Part shown: one piece after another, positions 1-12,600 of the stretch
How positions within the stretch are numbered: the stretch's first letter is position 1
Layout: each line of letters starts with the position of its first letter
Assembly: GCA_965178125.1 (NCBI GenBank)
Contig: OZ237753.1
Coordinates: 434,001-498,000, forward strand
Direction of reading: 5' to 3'
From: Bilabrum cf. latius
Lineage: Eukaryota
DNA: 64,000 nt
Made by a program: the position numbers and the translations under genes
Notes under the pieces: generated by a model
Told to the model about the DNA's origin: nothing
The model's database searches: none
Seen by the model: the letters and a program-made list of their open reading frames with translations, nothing else

Positions 1-2781
1 AGACCCAAGAGCAGCGATGATGGCGGTACGAGCTACGACATTGATACCAGGCTACTCAAGCAACACACGCAGATGCCTCAATCCGACACCTAGCGAGTGC
101 ATGCATCCTTTGAGCAGTCGCCGACATGCTGCCGGATTTGCAATCATTTCAGCTTCAGACGAACCAACCTCACCTAGAGCAGCCTTGATCGTTTTCTCGC
201 CTACTAGCCTCACGCAATCGTACAGCTTCTCAATACAACGCCTGGCGCTCTCCCATTCTACATGGCGATCACGTCGTTGCTGCATGACAAGGTCAGGGCT
301 CAGGCCTGCCCACTCCGACCCTTCGAGCTTGCTGATGCATGCAGCTGCCTCTGGTGGTAGCAAACAAGTTAATGCTGAGTTCCCGCAGTAGTACCACTGG
401 GGACATGATACGATGGCCGATAGTCCGCGTGTACCATCGGCTTTCGTCCCAATTACAGCAACACAACCGCGGTTCGCGTATACACGCATCATCTTGACCT
501 GGAACGACAGCGGACAAGTGTGACAGAGGCGCGCCCAGTCCTCTAGTAATTTGCCCAACTTGCGCAAGTCGGGCTTTCCGTCTGCCTCATGTGCAAATTC
601 AGACAAGGTGATCTGATGGACAGACGAGGAGGCGCCTGTACCAGCGCCTTCATGCAACCAAAGACGCGGTCTAGCGCCATCGGAGCCCATCCACTCCATC
701 CAGACTACATCCGGGATCAGAAGTCGGTGTGTGTCTAGAACCACCCTCGAGCCGTTGGTCAGTTGGTGCACCTCCACGTCAAATGGCAGGCGTAGCAAGG
801 TCTTTTGTGTCCCAGCAGGGTGATCTATTCGGTGACGTACCGAAATTTGTGGCCTGCGGTAGTCCAAGTTTACTCCTGATGACTTGATGGCGGACAACAC
901 TGTCACGGCCAGCTCCACTTCTTCTTCGGGCAATCGTTCCTTCGCCAGTTCAGTCAGATTGATTGAATCTGGATCGCATACCCTTACAATCTTCTCAAGC
1001 TCATCTGCTGCCAAGCTCGTGCCTTTCAGAATCTCGAAGATGGTCTTGGGTCTGGAGGTGCTATCACTTTCAGGTTCATCATCAGCGACATACTAGTGCC
1101 TAATGACAGATCTAACGTGCCTTTCGTATGCATGCATGCCAAACCATCCAGCTATTGGATCCACAACATCATGAAGCTGCTCATCATCAACATGCATAGT
1201 CTTGCAGCCATCCGAAGACCCTACCCGAAGGGTTGCAGACTCCACGTCAACACAGGCGAATGCCTAGGCACGAATAAAGCAAATCCCACGGCTTTTTGTC
1301 TTCACTGGAATATCTACGCACTCCAATAGCGGGGTCGAGACGTGGACGCTGTCCATCGCGTGCACCCACCGACTCGCCGCTGCCTCCCGCTTGGCCGCTT
1401 TGGCCGCCATACGCGTACTTTTGTAATAGCCATTTTGATCGAATGCGAACTTTATGAAGAGTCCCACGCCTTCGTGCTTAAACTTGATACCACCTGCTCG
1501 GCCACCCACCGCAGCGGGCTGCAGTCCGGTACTGCGTTGGATGCCTGCAAGGTCCATGGAGGTGAACCCAACTGGATCGTCCCCTCTCCACACCATCTCT
1601 ACTACAGGGAAGTCATTGAAAACCTTGCTGACGTCAGCATGAAAGTGCTGCCCAACCTAGTCCAGCTTTGCACGACGCTCCATCTGCTCATGCGGGTTCA
1701 GCGCGACGGTGCGCTTGGCATCTTCAAACGCTGGCTAACGACCCTTCGGGGTTTGGGCTGCCTCGTCAGCCTCTTCTGTACCACTGCAGATACCACGTCG
1801 CTCCTATGAGCGGTGGTCGCTTATACTGCTGTCATCTACACCCACTGCAGTTGCCTAACTCATAGAAAGGTCCGCACCAGCACCTGAAGCGGCCGATGAC
1901 TACGGTACATCTGACCGTTCGTCAACCTGAACGGGCGAGTAATCGATGGCAGGGCAACCTGTGCTGCCAGCACCTAAATCTGCGCCTGTATTGATTAGAG
2001 ATGTGTAGGGAGAAGAGACCGTCGTGTCTTTTGCCTCCGAATCTGCGACGAGCTCGTCAGAGCACCCAACGGGCTGGGCTGCAGAACCTGTCCCGGTAGT
2101 TGTCACCGTTGCCGAATGATTTCCCACACAGCTATCAGAATTGCTGCTCGATGCGACAGATACGCTGGGATCAGCACCGGTTGAAAGGATCGGCCCTTGC
2201 GGCGTGCCGACATACGCGTGGGAGCCTGCGACCAGCTCTGCCTATGGCGAGCCAGAGGTCTCGGCTACCAAATCTGCTGGTTGTAGGCCTGGACGACCTA
2301 ATTTACTCAGTCCATCGATTTGCGTGTCTGGCCGCGCAGTGCAACAACCTGTCGAGCCAGTTCTAGACTCTGACTGCGCTTCACGGCTGCTAGTATCATG
2401 AAGTCTGCGATGATTACCAACATCCATGGCAGCAGATATTATCCCACTTGTCAGGGAAAGTTCTTCGACTAACCTGCGGGGACAATCAAAGGCGTTCAGC
2501 ATTGAGACAGCTCGATGTATACTGAATGGAACCGTGGACATCTTTCGTACGTATCGGTGATTTCTATCTCGCCGGGTTGATATCGTTGACGGGTTGATAT
2601 CGTTGACACGGATACCTACAATACCACCACTAAGTAAGACGTCTCTGCAGTCATTTTTACGCCGGAGTAGCAGTGCGTCGAACACCAAATGAGGTTGAAT
2701 GAAGTCAAACATCAACTTGCGCCTGCATTTAAATAGGGAACCAACGCGCAGCGACACTATCTAAAACGCAAGCTATGGCAT
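1..2781 (-). CDS. Clu-domain (clustered-mitochondria-like) protein, 3' end runs off the window
   Basis: ORFs 2242-2757, 1900-2127, 1264-1596 and 52-1014 share one frame and are separated only by TAG. Motifs GGRAGGIKF..IKFAFDQNGYY..AAKAAKRE, PFDVEVH..VVLDTHRLLIP and MHSLGVGLRHL resemble the Clu domain. The first ATG after an in-frame TGA is at 2781, but the true 5' end is uncertain. Confidence 0.65.
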
Positions 2782-3537
2782 ACTTACTCAAAAGCTTTGG
2801 ACCTAGATTCTCGCCAGAGCTGTGAATATGGCCTGAATACTACTACTACTACTTTGCAAGTCTGGCAAGATCGAGCAAATGCGATAAACGCACGTTATCA
2901 AATACACAATGTCGAAAGTTTTGTCTTGAGCAGAGGCAAGCACTGTTTCGCACATCAAGGAGCATTGACCAGGGCGGAGTAGTTTGGCCAGCTTGACTGG
3001 AGGCAATACGAATGGCGACGACACAGCAACCACCCTGAGCTTGCCAATACTAGTAGTAGTTGAAAAAACCTACAGGCAGGAGGCTCTTCAGACTGGCCGA
3101 ATAATCGTCACGCGCACAGACGACGCGATAACCAGCGAAGTGGCTCGCCAGATCCCGGCAGCCGCAGCAAGGGCCTCAAGCTGAGCTCGGGCCAGCTGCT
3201 GGCACCAGGGGACGGGGCCTACCTACGGGTCGCTGATGGGGCCAAGGGCGAGGATGCGAGTCTGGGATTCACCGCCGTGGGGGGCGCGACGGAGTTCCTG
3301 CTCTTTGACATGACCCAGTCGTGAGAGACGGAGTGGTACCTCTATCGCTACTGTGACCGCGACTGCAACTGCGACTGTTGGTGGGCGTAGGTGCCGTGGC
3401 CTGGAGGTGTATCGGCCAGCACGGTGCCAGTCAGCCATGGGTTGCCGCTGCTGGCCAGAAACGTTGCCATTGTGTGTTGATTTTAGTCTGATCTGAGATT
3501 CTGAATAGAACGTTGCTCAAACAACAGAATCAGATGA

Positions 3538-6500
3538 TCACGATTCAGCAGGTGCAATTCCTGAGGGTCCATCCGACGAAGCTGTGCCACGGCCTCTGCC
3601 GCTGCCAGGCTTTCGTAAGGCAGCGTCGCGCAAATACTGCGAAGAAGCTGCACCGGTGGCCTCCACGAGTCGTCCAAATGCACTGTCCTCGCAGGACAGC
3701 AGCTCCGATGGAGAGCCTTGCTCCAGCACTCTGCCGTCGCCCATCACAACCACCACATCATAGTCGATGATCGTTGCCAGTCTGTGCGCGATGGTGAGGA
3801 CAGTCCTGCCCTTGCAGTGCTCCCGCAGCGCTTTCTGCACGGCCTAATCTGCCTCCACTGACACCGAGGCCGTGGCTTCGTCCAGTGCCAGTATGGGCGA
3901 GTCCCGCAGGAGTGCTCTGGCCAGGCACAGCAGCTGCCTCTCGCCCTGGCTCAGCCCGCTGCCACCCTCCCCCACCCGGGCATCCAGTCCGCCGTCCATG
4001 GCACGGACGCGAGCAGCCATGCCTGCTCGCTCCAGAGCCGCCCATACCTGCTAGTCGCTGGGGCACTCGGCGCACGGCCTGCCAAGGTCAGGGTCCCAGT
4101 CGAGGCCCTGCTCCAGCCTCTTCGCACCTGGACCCGCCACAGCATCCATGATTCTCCCGCCGCTGTGGCCGGCTGCTGCAAGCCCGGTGCTGCGAGAGTG
4201 CGGGGACAGCACGCTCCGAGGACCCAGCAGTGGATCCGGACCCTGGGGCGATACCACCGATCGGATGGTGCCGGAGATGACAGCCCCGTCCTGCGGCACG
4301 ATGGCGAGGTTCTCCCGCAGGTCTCGGAGGCCCATGGTTGCTGTATCGATACCATCGATGGTAACGCTTCCCCTGGTGATGATTGCCGATCTGTACAGTG
4401 CTGCCAGAGTGCTGCTCTTGCCGCTCCCGGTGCGACCAACCAGCGCAACCTTGCAACCGGCGGGGACAGAAAACGACACTCCTTGCAGCACTTCGGGTAG
4501 TCCTTCCCTGTACCTGAGCCAGACGTCCTTGAACTCGATATGTCCGCAGGCAGGCTAAAGCGGAGGCGGAGGTCGTTGCTGTCTTGCCAGTGGCTTTCCC
4601 CCAGATGTGGGCACCATCATGGAGCCGCTTGTATCATAATCCGCAGCGGCTCGCAGCTAACCCTCAGGCTTGATTGCTGCGTAGTGCTTCAGTCTTTCCA
4701 CGCGTGACATATCAGCCTCCACCATGCAAATGCACTGCACCAGCCAAGCAACACCTTCTAGCAGGCTGGAAGCCTCTGACACGCTGAGCGCCAACATAGA
4801 GGCCTCGCCTGCCATGTACCGGTCGGGGCCCGGAGTGACGGCCAACGTGGCCAGTACGCATGCCACTGCCATGATCACGGCGCCAAGCAGGTCCACCCGA
4901 ATGGACATCCAGTCGTCTGCGAAACTCTTTGCGAACTCGACCGTGTTGGCTCTGTCGATGGCAAGCCACAGCTGGTCTCGCTCATGCTCCTGGAGGCCAA
5001 AGGCACGGATGCTGACCAGCCCCTCCGCTGTCTCTACCATGCGCTGGTGCACCGGACTTTCTGAGATGGCGCCTAACCTCTTGAGCTCTCGGGCAGATGC
5101 TCTGAAGAAAGACATCACCCAGTAATACAGGATGCCTACGATAGGAAAGACGCAGAGAAACCATGGCGACGCGACAGCCACGGCGATCAGGCTGAAGACA
5201 GTGCTGAGGATGATCAGCATGGCCTCATTCAGCTCGTCTGGTAATGCTTGGTCCACCTCCGTGACATCACCCGAGAACCGATTCAGGATGCGTCCCTGCG
5301 GCGTGGTCTAGAAGAAACTCAGTGGTGCCCGCAGCACTGAGCCGAGCAAACGGTCGTGCATCTGCCGGCCAGCCTCCACAGCTGCGGTAAACCAAGCAAA
5401 GTTGCGAGCAAGTGACAGGAAAGCCGTCATAATCCCAAGCGTCAAGTATACCAGCAGGCAGGTATCGGGCGACAGCCCTATCCTAAGGAGCGGAGAGCGG
5501 TCAGGCGATAGGTCGTCTTGGTGCCCGCTTCCCGTCCACAGCGCGATCCATACACTGCTGCTCTCTTGCACCCCTTGCAAGGCAACGGATAGCAGCCCGA
5601 AGGACACAAGGAAGCAGCAGCCTCCTAGGGAACTAAAATACTCCCAATACACCTCAGCACCCACAATGCCCTCGTATCTCTCCTCGTCATCGAAGAGCTT
5701 GCCAGAGCTGGGCGCTAGCTCTTGATGGTCTGCTTCGGCACCGGCCTCCCTTGCCGCTTGCGTGTCAGCAAGTGCACTGCCCTATTCTTGGTCTGTGCTG
5801 GCAGCGCCATGAGCGTATTTCTGGCCACAATGCTCTGGTCGAGTCGCATCTGAAGCGCCTACTTCTGCAGCATCTGACGCACCAGCTGCGCCAGTGCCGT
5901 TCGAGCTGGAAACAACGATGCCGAGGGCAGCTGAGGAGCGCGGGCATGTTGCGCAGCTATCAGTAGAATCAGACCTGCTTGAGATGCTGGCAGATGATGC
6001 AAGCGAAGCAAACGACACGCCTTGCGATTCCAAGTTGTCGTAGGTGTCGAAATGTCGGATCCTGCCACCGCGCATGACCAGCACCTTATCGCACCTCGGT
6101 AGGAACTGCACTTGATGAGTCACCAGCAGTACCGCACCTGGCTACGCTCCAGACCGGCTGTCGTCACCAGAGGCGAATGCATCGGTTCTGCGCAGCATGA
6201 ATCCGCTAATGGCCCTGGTGAATAGCCTTTCCGCCGTGTGCGCGTCCACGGCGCTCAGAGGGTCATCGAGAAGGTACACGTCTGGATCTGCGTACATGGC
6301 TCGTGCCAGGCAGATTCTGGCCTTCTGTCCGCCCGACACGGTCACACCGCGCTCGCCAAGCTCAGCCATATCGCCGCCATCCAGCTGCTGCAGATCAGTA
6401 GCAAGGCAGGCAGAATCGACAACTTCGTTGTAGAGCGGCTAGTTGCATTTCATGTCAGTGGTGGCCCGGTCAGGTTGCCTTCCTCGACTGTGGCCACGAG

Positions 6501-8676
6501 CACCGCATGCGCCAACTAGGATGTTGTCTCGCAGAGGTCCGGATTGGATCCAAGCGGTCTGTGGAACGTATGCTACCCGAGTACCCTACTGTACCCGGGC
6601 GCCTCGATGGTCAGCCGATGCGACGGGGGAGGACGAACGCTCGTTCCCTGCCGCGCCTTCCTCGCGTGGTTCTGCAGCCTCTAGTTCCCCCAATAGCCCG
6701 AGCAGTAGTGACGATTTCCCGCTGCCAACGGGACCTACCACGGCAATGAGTTCTCCTGCCTGGATGGAAAGGGTGAGATCGCGAAGCACCGGTCGAGCCG
6801 ATTGGGCAGTGGCACTGCTTGCTGTTGCTGCATTGCTGGCACTTTTGTCCCCAGAGCAAGCATCCCCACGGTTTTCTTCATCGCTGCATAAAGACGCAGG
6901 GTCCTAAGTTGATCGGTCATCGGACAGGAGTGGCTTACTCAGGTCATGCATGCTGTCGTACTACCGTCCTGGCACAGACTTCTAAGTGGGTTGCTGCGCC
7001 TGATCGCTATCTCCGTCAGCCGACTCGCACGCGTACATGCACCCGCAGAATAGCTCGAGAAACATGTCTCTTTCTTCCTTCTCCTCTCCCCTTAGATCAT
7101 GCCTGGTCAAATGAGAGCTTCCGCATGCACGATTTTCACTATCCTCATCGTCACTATCGCCCTCATCGCTGTCCTCATCTGCTATCCAGTCCGGAACACG
7201 GTGATACCTCCGGGTCATTGCGCCAGCAGTTTCCAGCACGGGCACCTGGGCCACACTGACCTACTTGTTATCGCACTCAGAAATAGTGTGAAATTCCCCG
7301 GCCTGATTATCTGCATCGGTGCTAGACTGCCCATGCGTGTCTCTGGTGGGGTACAAGCCGGCCACTTCGGGCAACACTAGGAATCGAGAAATCCTGCGCA
7401 CCGACTCCAACCCCGAAATCACATTGGCGATGCTCTCTGGGATACTAAGCAGCTCCCAAACTGTCATTTCAAAGCAGAACAGACTGGGAAACACGATCTC
7501 TGGCGTCAGCACGCCCCCCATAAAATGGAAGGTCGCGAACGCAGCGCATGCCTGCAGAGTACCGGAGCACCACACGAGACTCATCAAAGTTGCCATGGTG
7601 AAGTTGTAGGCCTTCACCGCATTCAGCTCGGAGGCTCTATGCCGCTATATTCGGCGGCCGATGATGCCCTCTATGGAGAAATACTTGATGTACTGGATGC
7701 TCTGCAGTGCCTCGCCCAGCACCTTCATCCTAGACTGCTCTGATGCCATCAGCTTCTCCTGCGTCGCTTCAAAGCCCCTAGCGATGCAAATGTTCACGGG
7801 AAGCATGATAAGTGCCATGGCAACCGCCCCGAGGACGGCAAGTCCCAGCAATCTGCCTGCAATCACGAACGATGCCACCAGCACGAAGGGACCACCAAGC
7901 CCGGCAGGTGCCCAAAGCAGCACCGATTCCACCTTTTCCGTGTCAGAGCCCGTCAGCGTACTAAGCACGCCTTTGCTCACGGATGATGCGGGTAGCTTGA
8001 GCAGTTTGGCGTGCAGCATTGCCATGAGGCCCGTCCTGCAGTCCATTCCGATGATCGTGCTCCAAGCGGACCTGTGGTGCTCGGTGACTATTACTGCTGC
8101 GGATGCACCAGCGAGCACGGCAGACCACATGCCTGCCCAGCGGTAGTTTTTTGCAGACAGGGCGGAAATCAGCTCTTTCAGGATGAGGGCGATGCCGACC
8201 TGCATGCCCCTCGCCAGGAACATCATTGCCATCGAGGCGTAAACTCGGCCGTACTCTACGCTCACCAGCGCGGACCAGACAGTCGGAGACGGTGATGGCT
8301 GCGGCCGACATATACACGGGCAGAATGATGATATGACGCAGCAAGGTGTTGGTTCCCGATGTGAAGGCTCTGTTGCCGCACACGCGTGCTCCGGCGACTG
8401 CGGAATCGGCTGTTCCTGCATGCCGCGAAAACGAGCAGGAGCATCTGGTGAGTACACCGACTCCCAAGCAGCCAAGTATCTCGGTGCAACTTGTGAGCAC
8501 GACTGATTTGCTTGCAGTGGAGGGATGTCCTTGGGCTGGATCGGCTTTGATGCACCCGTTCGGAGCATCTAGTCGAGAAAGCTGAATGTTAGGTAGCCAA
8601 GCCACGTCCTAGCATCTTCACGCGGTGCAGGCAAGCTAGTAAAGCTAACCGTACTAGGTCCCTTGGAAGGTGTCAT
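3538..8676 (-). CDS. ABCC/MRP-type ABC transporter (TMD-NBD-TMD-NBD), intronless, ~1712 aa with UAG read as sense
   Basis: Ten track ORFs lie in one frame, joined only by TAG. It has N-terminal [13 protein letters not shown]1 GPVGSGKSS / VSGGQKAR / [15 protein letters not shown]2 [13 protein letters not shown], and NBD2 GRTGSGKSS / LSQGERQ / LDEATA / IAHRL. ATG at 8676 is directly preceded by TGA; the gene ends in TGA at 3538. Confidence 0.92.
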
Positions 8677-9651
8677 TCAAAGCTTTACTTTGTTCTCAGA
8701 AGGCTTGTGAGCATCTGCGTAGACCAAGATCAAGTGTTTGCGACTGAACCAGCTCTAAGCAGATAACGATGATTGCTTCGAGTGAACCATTCCCATTATA
8801 GACTTTTAAAATGCTACAATACGCATCACTATTGTCTATCGCGCTAGTACATGAGGAAGACAAAGCGTTTCGACGAACGACACAAACTAACATACAGGCA
8901 TGACTGTCGACCTGTACTCACCATCGGACTTAAGTGAGCTCTTCTTACGTCGAATTCAGTTGTAATGAATAGAGATAGTCACTTGCGTCTTCAACTATAG
9001 CTGATTTCTGTGAAGTAAGGAATTCAAGAAACGGAGCACGGCTCCGAGTTGCTGTTTCCGGATTGCTGATGAGCGGCAGCAATGGAGCGCGAAATTGGTC
9101 GACATGCTATTGTAATTGTCTGCCGCATCACTGCTGTGATGGCACTTCTCTAAAGTCTGCATCCACCACGCGCTCAGCATCCACACCCGCAGACCCCGTG
9201 GCCTGATGCGATGCACCCCCCGCGCACCAACACCGCGCCCAGCCCCCCGCCACGAATGCCACGAATAGATTGAATCGGGTGCGTCAGATCCTCTGTATTG
9301 ACGCATACGGGAAGCACCCTCAGCGCACTAACTCCGTGCATGCTACCACGACGGACCTCGGCCGGACCAGGGGAAGCTAGCTGTACGGCACCCCCCGGGC
9401 CGCAGTTGTGGGTCATGCCTGGTGCGCTCGAGAATGCATGCAATGACGCTCGCGGGCTTGCCTGAGGCAGCCTGTGTGCACTCGTGAAGTTGGTTTGGGA
9501 GTACCCAGAGGCCTGATGTCTACGTTACGCTCGAGGTGGCTTGGTGCGATCGCGGCCGCGTTCGGCTGCCGCTGCTGGGATGGTCGCAACTTGAAGCCCC
9601 AGAATCCGTTCGCCCCGATTCGAGCCGCGCTCAAGATCCCCTCTAGCTATC

Positions 9652-12600
9652 ATGTCGTACTACCAGCAGGCATTCGACAAGATTTTGCAAGAATGCTGTA
9701 TACGTCCCAGGCCAACGCCTCCGTCTGAGGCTTTTCCTGGACAGTGGTAGCTCATTCCGACTGGCCTTGTTGAGCAGCTCGCAGCCTTGAAATCAAGCAC
9801 GAGGGAGAGATCAGTATCAATAGGGAGGTTGTCGTCTGCTGAAATACGAGAGTTCATGTCTGTAGAAAAGCAGCTCAGCAAACAATCTTCGTATCGCTCT
9901 AGCCCACGCCGAAGGAGGATGCACGGCCCAGCGGCGGGATCGGCAGCCTCTAGCGCTGGCACGCCCCGCCCCCCAAGACAGCAATCTAGCAATCGTGGTA
10001 TATCATTCTTGGAAACGGCGTCGGACGACGTTGCCACTTCAGACTTGGTAGACGTGGACTTGGCCGAAATAGTCGCTGCGCTGCGGGTGCACCTGCGAGA
10101 GCTGAGCTTCCAGGAACGCATGCGCCTAGTTGTCACTGATCGGGTCCTGGAAGACCCGTCGTCGTTTTCAGTTGTCATTCGTGGGCGGCTTGGTCCTGTC
10201 GAAATCGGCGGAAAAGTCTCCAGCCTCGGCGGGCAGACAGGGCGCTCATTCGGTCGCGGCACGACGATGCAGCTACCAGATGCGCCGCGGTACGCATCTA
10301 TGGCCGCGACAAAAAGCCTATTGATTGGATCGGCCAGCATTGAGGGCCTGTCTGCCCTGCAGTGGAGCATATAGCGCGCACAGAACAGCACGAAAGACAC
10401 GTTCCGCTCCATCGACGGCGGCTCGTATCCACGTACTGCAGAGGCGCTGCGTCGAAAGAGGGAGCAAAGACTGCACGGGATTCAAGGATCAACCGCTTCA
10501 GCGGGCGGTCTGGCGTCTCTTGGAGACAGCAATGGGTCTCAAGGCGTTTTGAGCGAGCAGAAGCAGCTGCCCGGAAACGAAGCCCTGCTCCGGTTCGCAT
10601 TCAAGGACAAGCTGGTCGCAAGATCCGGCCCCGGTGGGGCAACCGTGTCGTCGGCTCAGGAGGTGCGCGATGCGCTCGTCACACGGGGAGCAGAGGCGCT
10701 TCAGCGGCTAAACACTGACGTGTTCGGTCGACTCGCGGCGGCGCTCGGCGACGACGTTGGTTCCGCAGCTGGCGGCGCCGCATCGGCTCTGGCCGTTTCG
10801 CAGGGCTTGTCGGCTGCCGAGATTCGCAAGCGACTGAGAGAGGGAAACACCGCCGCCGCCGTGCGCAGGAGCAGGCTCATGGGCAGGACCACTACATCGT
10901 CGGCGCGAGGCAGCCTGCCAGGAGGCAGCCTGCTAGGGGGAAGTGCGCCGGGTACCAGGCTGATGGGGAGGCCAGATCGTGGAAGGATGGTGCCGGGGGC
11001 GGTGGCGGGGGTGGCCGAGCTCCGAGGCATGGCGTTTCAGGACGTGATGGGGGGACCCGAGGACGACTTGGCCTTGCGCGCGGCCGAGCAGCATGCCATC
11101 GACGGTGCCATCGAGAGCATGCAGGAATTGGACACCGAGATCATAGCACGGCTGGTGCCGCCCGACGAAGACTCGGATCTTGCGCGATTTGCGGCGGGTA
11201 CTGCGCAAGGAGTGGCAGGATTGGTGAGTGCCGGGTTCACTATGGGCAGCCTCCACGGCGATGGCAGGATGAGCCGTGACCGTGCCGCTGACGGTGGGAG
11301 GGGGAGCGGGGCCAGCGATGGCGCTGCTCACGGTCTGCACCTTCTTTCACCTGCTTCCGGTAGGAAGCGGAGGAGGTCAAGCCTGAGCAAAGAACGGATT
11401 GCCATGAACGCCGATTCGCTGGCCGATGCGGACCACGTGCGTGGCTCGGGCGCGATGACCGCTGGCAGCAGCAGCAGCGGCAACAGCAGCAGTATCAGCA
11501 ATGCGGGTCTGGCCATGCCAGTGGCATAGAGGGCGCGGGCACACAGGGCTTCCTGGTCCAAGATCCGGCAGATCGTGGGGCGTGTGGCCGTCGGTGTCCG
11601 GGAGGCAATGGCTTTTCGCGAGGAGGCGCAGCAACGCAGCTACCACATCCGGGCAGAGTACCTCAGGTATGAGTATGCAAGGGACCTCAGATCTCTGAGG
11701 CAGAGATTGCAAGCGGCGGTGGATGACCTCAGGTTAAAGCTGGAGCGCGCGAGGCGTAGGGAGGCGGAGATGCAGAGGATTCACGAGGGCATGTACGACG
11801 AGCTGGCCAGGGCGAGGCGAGCGAGGCAGGCCATCCGTGATTTGCTCAGGGCGAGGGACCCATCGACGTACAAGCTGAACGCAAAGCTGCCTGAGAGCAA
11901 AGGGGAGGAAAGTCAGGAGGACGTGTCTGCCCATCGTTGGATCTGGGACAGCGACTCTGACGACGAGGGGGATGAAGGCGACCCCAGCAAGGGATTCTGG
12001 TCCGTGCGTGACGTGGTGGGTCCCGATGGCGACATCACAAAGGTGCGAAAATGGGTCGGGTTCTCCAAGATCTTGGGCGAGGACAAGAAGAGCAAAGGGG
12101 TTGGTGCCGAGCAAGGTGAGGGTGGGGAGGAGCAGGGCATCGCGAGCCGCAGGAACAACGTGCAGGTCGCGCACAAAGGCACGCAAACGAACTCTTTGCG
12201 CGTTGAAGACCTCAAAGACGGTGAGGTGCTCCGGTACATCGCTCAGAAAGTACAGAGCGGCGAAGGATCGATCGCAGGTTACGTCAGGATGATTGCTCGC
12301 AGGTGGGCCGACCAGGGCATTGAGGCTCAAAAGTACCAGGACTCGGCCGACCTGATCGATGCCCTGATCGACGACCCGGACGGCACGGTCAAGAACATGC
12401 TCAAAACAGTAAAGCGCAAGCTTGTGGGCAGCCGCTGGCGCACCGTAGTCACATTTGCGGAGCAGACGGCCAAGCGCTACAAATCCGGGGACGCCCTCCG
12501 TGACGTGGCATAGAAAGCCTACAACAAGACCATCTCGGAGCTCGCAGCCGAGCTCAAGCAGGCCAAGACCGTCATTCGCACAAAAGAGAGGGAGCAGCAG

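Noticed and set aside
2788-3438. Possible upstream extension of the Clu-domain gene in the same frame
   Set aside because: It is interrupted by in-frame TGA at 2788 and 3088, and I could not define convincing introns.
3538-8676. ABCC gene (and others) as nonsense-riddled pseudogenes
   Set aside because: All interruptions are TAG, with no frameshifts, TAA or TGA, and the pattern recurs in essential genes. Codon reassignment explains it better.
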